DNA from: Candidatus Woesearchaeota archaeon
Lineage (GTDB): Archaea; Nanobdellota; Nanobdellia; Pacearchaeales; GW2011-AR1
NCBI GenBank assembly: GCA_964357505.1
Contig: CAYHLN010000003.1
Location: 1-36,715, forward strand
Direction of reading: 5' to 3'
Length of the DNA stretch: 36,715 bases
This document shows, piece by piece, positions 24,551 through 32,329 of this stretch. How positions within the stretch are numbered: the stretch's first letter is position 1; every line of letters begins with the position of its first letter. A model generated the notes under the pieces. The model saw only the letters and a list, made by a program, of their open reading frames with translations. It was not told the DNA's origin and did no database searches. A program made the translations under genes and the position numbers.

Positions 24551-25666
24551 CTACCTTGGACAAATATATCCACCCTCAATTCCTTTTTTAGAAAAAACAA
24601 TCTGCCAAAGCTGTAGAGTTCGAGACCGAAAAGCCCCAGCACAAGACAAAAGATAATATCTCCACATCCTATAAAATTTCTCATCATAATCTCCTTTTAT
24701 AGAGTTCCAATTCTTCACAAAATTATTCTCCCAAGCCATTAAAGTCAAATCATAATGTTGCCCAAAACTATGCAAGTCCTCCATGACAAATAATTTCTCG
24801 CTGGTTTGGGCTATTTGACTAAGAGAAGGTAGCATAGAATTTGGAAAAATATACTTCTCAATCCAAGGGTCTGCATGAGTCGATGAATCATTTCTACCGA
24901 TAGTATGCAATAAAAAAAGACCATCATCTTTCAGATTTTTATTAACTATCTGCATAAAATTATGGTAGTTTTTGCATCCTACATGCTCAATCATTCCACA
25001 CACAAGGATTTTATCAAACTGTCCATTTATATCCCTATAATCCTGAAATTTAATTTCAACAGGGAGCCCCTTGCAAAAAGTCTTAGCATACTTTACCTGC
25101 TCTTTAGACAAACTTAATCCAGTAACTCTACATCCATAATTTTTTGCCGCATATTTTGCAAAACCACCCCATCCACAGCCTATATCCAATACCCTATCAC
25201 CTTTCTTAATTTTGAGTTTCCTGCAAATCAAATCTAATTTATTCTCTTGAGCCTCATTAAGATTGTTAGTGCCCTCAAAATAGCCGCAGGTGTATTGCAT
25301 ATAGGTATCTAGAAAAGAAGAATATAATTTTGAGTTTAAATCGTAATGTTCCCTATTAACTACTTCCGCCCCTGCTCGGTTTTGCAGATTAAAAAAATTT
25401 GATTTAATAATTGGAATAATAAGCGACATTTTATTAGTTTTCTCATCTATTTTTGATCTTAGAATCCTATAAAAAAATTCATCTATCTCCTTACAATCCC
25501 ACCAGCCCTCCATATAGGCTTCCCCAAGCCCAAGCGAGCCTTTAGAAAAAACTCTTTGATAAAATAAGGGATTATTGACTTGGATATCCCAAACTCTTTT
25601 TCCATCAACCTTTACGTCTGCGACACTTAAAATATTCTGGAAATGTTCTCTCAAGGAATTCCGCAT
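24551..25666 (-). CDS. cfa: cyclopropane-fatty-acyl-phospholipid synthase-like SAM methyltransferase (CMAS family)
   Basis: HYDLNSKLYSSFLD..MQYTCGYF, VLDIGCGWGGFAKYAA, MIEHVG..NY and LLHTI are typical CMAS blocks. The gene is AT-rich. Confidence 0.8.
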   Translation of the reverse strand: MRNSLREHFQNILSVADVKVDGKRVWDIQVNNPLFYQRVFSKGSLGLGEAYMEGWWDCKEIDEFFYRILRSKIDEKTNKMSLIIPIIKSNFFNLQNRAGAEVVNREHYDLNSKLYSSFLDTYMQYTCGYFEGTNNLNEAQENKLDLICRKLKIKKGDRVLDIGCGWGGFAKYAAKNYGCRVTGLSLSKEQVKYAKTFCKGLPVEIKFQDYRDINGQFDKILVCGMIEHVGCKNYHNFMQIVNKNLKDDGLFLLHTIGRNDSSTHADPWIEKYIFPNSMLPSLSQIAQTSEKLFVMEDLHSFGQHYDLTLMAWENNFVKNWNSIKGDYDEKFYRMWRYYLLSCAGAFRSRTLQLWQIVFSKKGIEGGYICPR

Positions 25667-25751
25667 ATTAATGAAGAAATTTTGTCTATAAAACCCTTTC
25701 TTTAATAGAAAAAAAGAAAAAGCTTAAAGATAGCGTAAGCCTTGCCTAAAT

Positions 25752-26360
25752 ATGACTAAACAAAAAATTCTTGCACGTGGGGCCGAAGCAGTCATCGTAA
25801 GAGAGAAAAACCAAGTAGTGAAGAAACGGATTTCTAAAGGCTACCGTCTTCCCGCACTTGATGAAAAGCTCCGCAAGCTCCGCACTCGAGCTGAAGCGAA
25901 ACTCTTAGAAAAAGCTTATCCCCTCATCCCCACGCCTCGCCTTATTGAAATGAACGAATCAACAAAAGAGCTCGTGCTTGAATATATTCCCGGCAAAAAA
26001 CTTGCAGACTCACTCGATAAGCTCAAAAACAAAATCGCAATTGCTCGCCAGATCGGCCAATCACTAGCCAAGTTGCACGATGCCCATCTTGTTCATGGCG
26101 ATCTTACCACGAGCAATATGATTCTTAACGATAAAAAAGTTTACTTCATCGACTTTGGCCTCGGCTATCACTCTTCACGTCCTGAAGATTATGCAGTTGA
26201 TCTTCACGTCCTCAAAGAAGCCTTAGAAGCAAGACATCCAAACTCAAGCAAGCAAGTATGGAAATCAATTATCGCAGGCTACAAGCACAAGAAAACAAAA
26301 GAAACACTCAAAAGACTGAAAGAAGTCGAACTTCGTGGTCGTCATAAAGAACACTACTAA
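25752..26360 (+). CDS. bud32: KEOPS complex kinase Bud32 (Kae1-associated kinase)
   Basis: RGAEAVI, HGDLTTSNMIL, FIDFGLG, EDYAVDLHVL and ELRGR. Confidence 0.85.
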   Translation: MTKQKILARGAEAVIVREKNQVVKKRISKGYRLPALDEKLRKLRTRAEAKLLEKAYPLIPTPRLIEMNESTKELVLEYIPGKKLADSLDKLKNKIAIARQIGQSLAKLHDAHLVHGDLTTSNMILNDKKVYFIDFGLGYHSSRPEDYAVDLHVLKEALEARHPNSSKQVWKSIIAGYKHKKTKETLKRLKEVELRGRHKEHY

Positions 26361-26587
26361 GAAAAGAGCTCCGCCGTTGTGGGAAAAAGCTTTACTCGCT
26401 CTTCTAAGAGGAGTAATGCATTAGGAGTCCATAAAATATCTTTTTCATGTAAAGGCATCTTACACCCCTTCACGATGAAAATATCTCTGCGTTCACCTTT
26501 TTCACTAAAAAGAGTATCAAAATAGACGCCCACCTCTCTAAAGAATGGATGTTCAGAATCGGTAACAAGAACATATTGGCGTTCCAT
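26357..26587 (-). CDS. hypothetical protein, 76 aa
   Basis: ATG at 26587 (MERQYVLVTD...). The track start at 26623 is a TTG. No motif recognised. It overlaps the bud32 stop convergently by 4 nt. Confidence 0.35.
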   Translation of the reverse strand: MERQYVLVTDSEHPFFREVGVYFDTLFSEKGERRDIFIVKGCKMPLHEKDILWTPNALLLLEERVKLFPTTAELFS

Positions 26588-26759
26588 TATTTCTTCGCAC
26601 GACAAACCAGTAAAGGTACACAATGAAGCGTAGGCGTGGGTCCATTGTTACTGATGCGTTTTCCCAAGAGACATAAAAAAAGCACCATCAAGTCTTATTT
26701 AAAGATATAGTCAACAAATAACCAAACCCTTATAAACGACACTAAATCTTTCTTAAAAT

Positions 26760-26832
26760 AGCCCCGTAGTATAGTGGCCAAGTATACGAGCCTTTGGCGC
26801 TCGGGACCCAGGTTCAAATCCTGGCGGGGCTA
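26760..26832 (+). tRNA. tRNA-Gln (anticodon UUG)
   Basis: Acceptor AGCCCCG/CGGGGCT; anticodon arm CGAGC-CTTTGGC-GCTCG; T-arm CCAGG-TTCAAAT-CCTGG; discriminator A. CTTATAAA (26729-26736) lies 24-31 nt upstream. Confidence 0.9.
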
Positions 26833-26840
26833 TAATCCAA

Positions 26841-27092
26841 CTAAAAGACGGTTTCTAAGTAAGATTCAACATGAAGCGGACGAAGACGCGAGGCAGCCCA
26901 CTCACGAACGCTTGGTTGTTGCAAACGCTGATATGCACGATGTAACCTCTTTCGAGCTTTCTCCCATTCAGCTTGAAAGTCATCCCATACCTCTCCTCCA
27001 AAAGCCCGATAATAAAGAGAAGCCTGATATAATTCTCTACAATAGGGTTCAAGTCTCCTAACAACTGCCAAAGCCTGTTGAGCCGAGGTCAC
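26841..27092 (-). CDS. hypothetical helical protein, 83 aa, Arg/Trp-rich
   Basis: ATG start with TTTTTATAG (minus strand, 27114-27122) 22-30 nt upstream. Its composition differs from neighbouring genes. No family recognised. It is convergent with tRNA-Gln across an 8-nt gap. Confidence 0.4.
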   Translation of the reverse strand: MTSAQQALAVVRRLEPYCRELYQASLYYRAFGGEVWDDFQAEWEKARKRLHRAYQRLQQPSVREWAASRLRPLHVESYLETVF

Positions 27093-27164
27093 CCTATTTG
27101 CTAGCGATTACTCTATAAAAATCTCACCGTAACCTTCTTAAACCCCCAGTCACACGCTCTACTT

Positions 27165-27494
27165 ATGTCAGAATCAAAAACAAGTTGGGTAAATGTCAAG
27201 CCTGAGGAAATTGAAGCCAAAATAGTAGAGCTAGCAAAGAAAGGCGTCTCTCCTGGGCGTATTGGCCTGATCCTACGTGACGAACATGGCATTCCTAAAG
27301 CTAAGCTCCTTGGTTTGAAGGTAAAAAAGATACTTATCAAGTCAAAACACTGGGTAGAACCACGTCACGCTAATCTAAAAACCAAGACTGAAAAACTAAG
27401 CAAGCACGCAGCGATGCACAAACACGACTACAGCGCAACCCGCTCACTAACAAGAAACAATCAGCATCTTGCTAAAATAGAAAAAAAGAGGTAA
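27165..27494 (+). CDS. rps15p: 30S ribosomal protein S15 (uS15; S13e homolog), short form
   Basis: EEIEAKIVELAKKGVSPGRIGLILRDEHGIPKAK is the S13e N-domain block. HKHDYSATRSL is the S15 block. It lacks the usual basic N-terminal stretch. Confidence 0.75.
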   Translation: MSESKTSWVNVKPEEIEAKIVELAKKGVSPGRIGLILRDEHGIPKAKLLGLKVKKILIKSKHWVEPRHANLKTKTEKLSKHAAMHKHDYSATRSLTRNNQHLAKIEKKR

Positions 27495-27501
27495 TAACTC
27501 C

Positions 27502-28821
27502 ATGTTGGAGAAAATAAGAAGTACAATCAACGAATTAGAAGCAGTTGCGAAGAACAAACCAATCAGAGTAATTAGTCATTTTGACGCAGACGGTATCACT
27601 GCAGCTGCAATTTTCTCCCGCGCATTATATCGCTGGAATAAGCCATTCACCTTACAGATCGTTAAAAATCTTGACGAAGAAGGTATCGCTCAACTGCCTG
27701 AAAACAATACCTTAGTCTTCCTTGACCTTGCCTCAGGAAGCCTGAACTATCTAGCTCAAAAAAACACAGATGTATTCATTTTTGATCATCACGAAATCGC
27801 GCAAGAAATTCCCTCAAATGTACGCATGATCAATCCCCTATTGCTCAACCACGAACCCTGCTCAGGTGCGGCTATTGCATATCTTTTCGCCAAAACACTC
27901 TCAGAAGAAAACAAAGATCTTGCTAATCTGGCAGTGATCGGCATGGTAGGCGATCAATTCACTGATGCCATCGGCAAGACATATGATCAAATCCTTAAAG
28001 ATGCCTCCATTACGGTCCGTAAAGGGCTACTCCTCTATCCTTCAACACGTCCGCTCGATAAGGCTCTTGAATACTCAACGAGCTTTTACATACCGGGCGT
28101 GACAGGATCATTCCGTGGAGTTCTCGATTTACTACGAGAGGCAGGAATAGAAAAGACTCCAACAGGCTACAAGAGTCTCGCTGAGTTAAGCGAGGAAGAA
28201 ATGTCTCGTCTGATCACTGCAATCATGCTCAAAAGCATTGGCGAAACAGATAGCGCACCCTTAGTAGGCAATCTCTTCGTCACCAAATTCTTCAACCAGC
28301 TAGAAGATGTCCGAGAGCTATCTGCTCTGATTAATGCCTGCAGCCGTATGGGCCATCCAGAAGCAGCGCTTGGATTCTGCTTAGGTAATAAACAGTCAAA
28401 GCGCGAGGCAGAACGCATTTATATCGACTATAAGCAAAGCATCTCACATGCCATGCGATTCATCGAAGACAACAATAATCGAATTCAAGGCAAAAACTAC
28501 ACGATCATTAACGCCCAAGATAAAATAAAAGATACCATCATTGGAACCGCGGCGTCCATCATGTCCTACTCGCCACTTTACCCGCAAGGAACAGTCATCA
28601 TCGCAATGGCGTATGATAAAGACCGCATTAAAATCTCTGCTCGTCTCGCAGGTAAAAAAGGCAGAAACGTGCGCGAGCTGTTAAGCTCGGTCCTGATACC
28701 CTTATCAGGCGAAGTCGGCGGCCATCCCCAAGCAGCAGGTGGGCTCATTTCACGTGATAAAGAGCAAGAGCTCCTTACACAGCTCAAAAACGCGCTTGAT
28801 ATCGACTTAGTAAAGCTTTAA
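27502..28821 (+). CDS. DHH-family phosphoesterase, archaeal RecJ/Cdc45-like (GAN-type)
   Basis: ISHFDADGITAAAIF (DHH motif I-II), FDHHEI (DHH), GGHPQAAG (DHHA1). Its position directly after rps15 is a common archaeal arrangement. Confidence 0.75.
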   Translation: MLEKIRSTINELEAVAKNKPIRVISHFDADGITAAAIFSRALYRWNKPFTLQIVKNLDEEGIAQLPENNTLVFLDLASGSLNYLAQKNTDVFIFDHHEIAQEIPSNVRMINPLLLNHEPCSGAAIAYLFAKTLSEENKDLANLAVIGMVGDQFTDAIGKTYDQILKDASITVRKGLLLYPSTRPLDKALEYSTSFYIPGVTGSFRGVLDLLREAGIEKTPTGYKSLAELSEEEMSRLITAIMLKSIGETDSAPLVGNLFVTKFFNQLEDVRELSALINACSRMGHPEAALGFCLGNKQSKREAERIYIDYKQSISHAMRFIEDNNNRIQGKNYTIINAQDKIKDTIIGTAASIMSYSPLYPQGTVIIAMAYDKDRIKISARLAGKKGRNVRELLSSVLIPLSGEVGGHPQAAGGLISRDKEQELLTQLKNALDIDLVKL

Positions 28822-28845
28822 AATACCCCTCTTCACCCCTATCTC

Positions 28846-29016
28846 ATGATGACCAGCAAGTTTATCCGGATCATTTGCCCGCGCTGTAGAAAGCACCAGA
28901 TTATATTTGGAAAAGCTTCTACCGATGTCAAGTGCAAATCCTGCAACGTTTTACTGGTAAAAACAACGGGCGGCAAGGCTAAAATAAGGGCTGCAGTTAA
29001 GGAGGTACTCCCATGA
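28846..29016 (+). CDS. rps27e: 30S ribosomal protein S27e (eS27); below the ORF-track cutoff
   Basis: Hand translation gives MMTSKFIRIICPRCRKHQIIFGKASTDVKCKSCNVLLVKTTGGKAKIRAAVKEVLP, with a CPRC...CKSC zinc ribbon. Its stop overlaps the ATG of aIF2-alpha (ATGA). Confidence 0.85.
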   Translation: MMTSKFIRIICPRCRKHQIIFGKASTDVKCKSCNVLLVKTTGGKAKIRAAVKEVLP

Positions 29017-29702
29017 TTAAAGAAGGAGACGTCGTTCTCTGTACCGTTAAGAAGATTGAAGGCACGACTGTCTTTCTTGATATAGAAGGCGGTGGAGAAG
29101 GCAGCATGACGTTCTCTGAAGTCGCACCAGGCCGCATCCGTAATATCCGAGAGTATGTAGTAGCAAATAAAAAAGTAGTCTGCAAGATCCTGCGTATAAG
29201 TACCAATCATATCGAACTGAGCCTTCGTAGAGTAACGGGCGGAGACCGCGAGGCAGTCATGAAGCGTTACAAAAAAGAGCTTACCCTAGAATCAATGCTC
29301 AAATCCGTAGTGAAGGACAAGGCTCGCGCCATCCTTGCAAAAATCAACGAAACTATGGATGCAGTAGAGTTTCTTGATCAGATCAAAGATAATCCAAAGC
29401 TGATTGTGCAGTTCGTCTCAAAAGCTGAAGCTGAAGCACTTGAGAAAGTCTTTGCAGAGAAAAGAGACAAGAAAAAGCAAGTCAAACATAAGATCTTCAT
29501 CAAGTCCCAAGGCTCTTCTGGCATTGAGGACATTAGAGCAATACTAGAAAGCGATGCAACGATCTACTATCTGGGATCCTCAACCTTCCAGATCATAACC
29601 GAAGATGCCGATGTTAAAAAAGCGGATAATAAGATGGAAAAGATTCTGAAAGAAATGCGTGAGAAAGCCAAGGCTTGCAAAGCAGAATTTGAAGTCAAAT
29701 GA
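29013..29702 (+). CDS. eif2a: translation initiation factor aIF2 alpha subunit (short)
   Basis: N-terminal S1 domain EGDVVLCTVKKIEGTTVFLDIEG..GSMTFSEVAPGRIRNIREYV..KVVCKILRI...ELSLRRV, within the conserved rps27e-eif2a-nop10 gene order. Confidence 0.8.
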   Translation: MIKEGDVVLCTVKKIEGTTVFLDIEGGGEGSMTFSEVAPGRIRNIREYVVANKKVVCKILRISTNHIELSLRRVTGGDREAVMKRYKKELTLESMLKSVVKDKARAILAKINETMDAVEFLDQIKDNPKLIVQFVSKAEAEALEKVFAEKRDKKKQVKHKIFIKSQGSSGIEDIRAILESDATIYYLGSSTFQIITEDADVKKADNKMEKILKEMREKAKACKAEFEVK

Positions 29703-29824
29703 AGCTCAAATACTATCTCAACAAGGGCACGAAAGTCTATACGCTCAAGACGGAGCACAATAACGTTCCAACGGTAGATGCACAGTATAAGTATATCAAG
29801 ATGAAGTCAGTAAAGGAAGATTAA
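29699..29824 (+). CDS. nop10: Nop10-like H/ACA RNP protein, 41 aa, cysteine-less; below the ORF-track cutoff
   Basis: Hand translation gives MKLKYYLNKGTKVYTLKTEHNNVPTVDAQYKYIKMKSVKED. YYLN..G..VYTLK resembles the eukaryotic Nop10 N-terminus. ATGA overlap with eif2a. It occupies the conserved position after aIF2-alpha. Confidence 0.5.
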   Translation: MKLKYYLNKGTKVYTLKTEHNNVPTVDAQYKYIKMKSVKED

Positions 29825-30573
29825 GATTTAGAAAGCCCCCAGAGAAGTTGAGCATAAATGTTGAAAGAGTGAGCCACTTCTTGATTCTGGATAACTATCG
29901 AAAATGACTTCCCCTTGTTTATCCCAATCGTCACAGTATCTGCATAAATTTCAATCCAGGCAGGAGTTACCAAATCGCGCGGCATATATTTCACCTCGCT
30001 CAACCGATAAGAAGCAGAAGATATGCCATAGGGTTCGCGAGCAGATTCGTTGTAAAGAAACTTACAGGTGATGCCTTTAGCGACACGGCGTTTATGATAA
30101 TCCTTGAAATACCCGACCATTTGACCATCATAAGGGGTACGAGAGATGCCAATAATCCACATTTCATCGCCCTTCTTCATAATCTTCAAAGTTCGTTCAC
30201 GAGCCGTTTGAATTCCCTTAAGCCCATCATAGATTTGCGCAGTTTCATGAGATAGCCTATGTTCAGACTTAAGAGAGCGTACTAACTCCTTAATAGCTGC
30301 TTCCTGCTGGCTTAACTCTTCTTTTTTCTCATCTAAATAAACAACCAACCTATCCGGATCTGCCGCTTCAAAGTACTTTGTTTTTCCCTTTACGATATGA
30401 CTAACAAGTCCCTTCTTAGAAAGCCTGTCTAGTATGACGTACACTTTTGAAGCAGAAACCCCGGACTCTTCAACAACGGGCCCCGAAGTAGTCTCTCCAA
30501 GTCTAATCAATGCCAAATAGACCTTTATTTCTCCTTCAGTCAAGCCCAATTTACGAAGAGCATCTAGTTCCAT
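29821..30573 (-). CDS. TrmB-family transcriptional regulator
   Basis: LGLTEGEIKVYLALIRLGETTSGPVVEESGVSASKVYVILDRLSKKGLV is the typical TrmB wHTH, followed by a coiled-coil arm and a C-terminal domain. Confidence 0.8.
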   Translation of the reverse strand: MELDALRKLGLTEGEIKVYLALIRLGETTSGPVVEESGVSASKVYVILDRLSKKGLVSHIVKGKTKYFEAADPDRLVVYLDEKKEELSQQEAAIKELVRSLKSEHRLSHETAQIYDGLKGIQTARERTLKIMKKGDEMWIIGISRTPYDGQMVGYFKDYHKRRVAKGITCKFLYNESAREPYGISSASYRLSEVKYMPRDLVTPAWIEIYADTVTIGINKGKSFSIVIQNQEVAHSFNIYAQLLWGLSKS

Positions 30574-30660
30574 ACCATGAAAGAAAAGAGGACTTTTTAA
30601 TCTTTACCCCCTCTGGGGGAGATAACTTTTATATAGCAAGTATAGAGTTATCATTATAGA

Positions 30661-31599
30661 ATGACGAAAAGAAACTACTGGGGCGCAGAGGTTCCGAATC
30701 TGTACGAAATAGCAGATGACAGATGTATTGGGAGATACATAAGAAATACACTTCGGACCGTACTTTCAGAATTAAAAGCACAAAGCCCTGTGCAAACAAG
30801 CAAAGATATTCTATCACTCGCTCAGCAAAAAATACCCTTAGAAAGATACGAGCAGTATGCACACAAAATGCTTACAGAAAAAGGAGTTAATCATGAGCGA
30901 GTTCAGGAAGCATTGGCCGGTCGCGCAGAGATAGTTTATCGTCAAATTAGACCGTTCATTGTGGGAGGAAGAATACTCGATCTTGGATGCGGAGACGGAG
31001 CAATTGGAGCTCGATTAAGCGCAGACCGAAACGAGGTTGTTCTTGCAGATACATACGAGCATGAAAAAATAAAAAGTAGAGGATTGGAATTCATTTCAAT
31101 GGCGCAAGGGGAACCATTGAAAGATACACGCGATTATGACACAACACTCTTGCTCACTGTGCTTCATCATAGCAACAATCCCTGCCAAACCCTAAAACAA
31201 GCCGCAAACCGAACGAGACGCGGTGGAAGGATAATAGTCATTGAATCAGTCTATGGAATCGATTCTTCAGAGAGCGATCCTACCTGGAGTCATGCATCAA
31301 GAGAAATAACTGACGCTTTCAAAAAACTATCGCCCGAGCAACAAAGAAGGACAAATATCTTTTTTGATCATTTTTATAATCGTATTATCCATTATTCAGA
31401 AGATGAAGCTAAAAAAGTTAATGTTCCGTTCAATTTCAGAATCCCCTATATGCGTATGCATCCTTCAGACCTACTTGAAATGGGATGGGAAAACATCTTC
31501 TATAACGAAAAGCTAAAGTCAATTCATATGGAATACTTAGGCATTGATCAACCAGTAGTTCCGGAGTATCATACGCTGCACGTCCTGGAAAAGAGCTAG
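30661..31599 (+). CDS. class I SAM-dependent methyltransferase, unknown substrate
   Basis: Motif I ILDLGCGDGAIG, then VLHH and GGRIIVIE. TTTTATATA (30627-30635) ends 26 nt upstream of the ATG. Confidence 0.6.
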   Translation: MTKRNYWGAEVPNLYEIADDRCIGRYIRNTLRTVLSELKAQSPVQTSKDILSLAQQKIPLERYEQYAHKMLTEKGVNHERVQEALAGRAEIVYRQIRPFIVGGRILDLGCGDGAIGARLSADRNEVVLADTYEHEKIKSRGLEFISMAQGEPLKDTRDYDTTLLLTVLHHSNNPCQTLKQAANRTRRGGRIIVIESVYGIDSSESDPTWSHASREITDAFKKLSPEQQRRTNIFFDHFYNRIIHYSEDEAKKVNVPFNFRIPYMRMHPSDLLEMGWENIFYNEKLKSIHMEYLGIDQPVVPEYHTLHVLEKS

Positions 31600-31638
31600 A
31601 AAGGAATATCATTTTATAAAAAACACGTAATAATTATA

Positions 31639-31911
31639 CTATAATGCGGCCAATCGAGCATAAGCAATCGCTTTTCGGTAAGAATCTCTTATATCGTAAT
31701 GATGCTCCCAAGCATTTTCAAGTAACCACTCTGCCTTATTAATTAATTCTGCCCTTCTTGTTGTTCGTGGTTTATTCAAAGCTTCAGCTACAAGTAAGTG
31801 TGCTTGAAAGCACAACGAGCCTGTTTCTACATGATTTTCGCCACCCCATCTTTCCCAAGAACGGGAGATTGCGTCTTCTGCTTCTTCTAAGTGATATTCT
31901 ATAGCGGGCAC
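31639..31911 (-). CDS. hypothetical helical protein, 90 aa
   Basis: ATG ORF 10 nt downstream of the 104-aa ORF on the same strand. No motif recognised. Confidence 0.4.
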   Translation of the reverse strand: MPAIEYHLEEAEDAISRSWERWGGENHVETGSLCFQAHLLVAEALNKPRTTRRAELINKAEWLLENAWEHHYDIRDSYRKAIAYARLAAL

Positions 31912-31921
31912 ATTACTCCAA

Positions 31922-32236
31922 TCATCCCTTATAATTTCTTACCAATTCATCAATAATCTCTTTGGGTACAAAAACCGCGCTCTCGCCAGCCTCAACCTTC
32001 CCTTCAAGGCCAGCAGCTTTCACATCAGGCACGCTGCGACCAACGACTAAATAGCCATTCGAGTGCTCAATGGCCTGAGGACAACCGATGCCCCCAATAC
32101 AATCGTTCTGTGCAACAAGGCCCTGCTCAGTTCCATCATACACGGCAGGACACGGCCCAATACCACAACCACTCAACTGTCGACCAGCGCGGTAACTAAC
32201 TTGCCCTGTTGCTTGCTCATAATTGTTGTTTTCCAT
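31922..32236 (-). CDS. hypothetical protein, 104 aa, with repeated Gly/Cys motif
   Basis: Two similar motifs, GCGIGPCPAVY and CIGGIGCPQAIE, followed by GESAVFVPKEIIDELV. No family confidently recognised. Confidence 0.45.
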   Translation of the reverse strand: MENNNYEQATGQVSYRAGRQLSGCGIGPCPAVYDGTEQGLVAQNDCIGGIGCPQAIEHSNGYLVVGRSVPDVKAAGLEGKVEAGESAVFVPKEIIDELVRNYKG

Positions 32237-32329
32237 AATTTCTCTTATGAAAAGAACTATCTATAACTTTCCTGCTATTTTTACTAAAAAACCAAAAGAA
32301 AAGATTAAAAAGAAAGGAAAAAGAGTAAA

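Noticed and set aside
26774-27064. Plus-strand 95-aa ORF and minus-strand 69-aa ORF overlapping tRNA-Gln and the 83-aa ORF.
   Set aside because: The plus-strand ORF starts inside the tRNA-Gln gene. The 83-aa minus-strand frame has an ATG with a correctly spaced TATA box and more protein-like sequence.
30607-30619. Small palindrome CCCCC-tct-GGGGG between the divergent TrmB-family and methyltransferase genes. I considered it as a TrmB operator.
   Set aside because: It has only 5-bp arms and is not similar to any operator I can name. I keep it only as a note.
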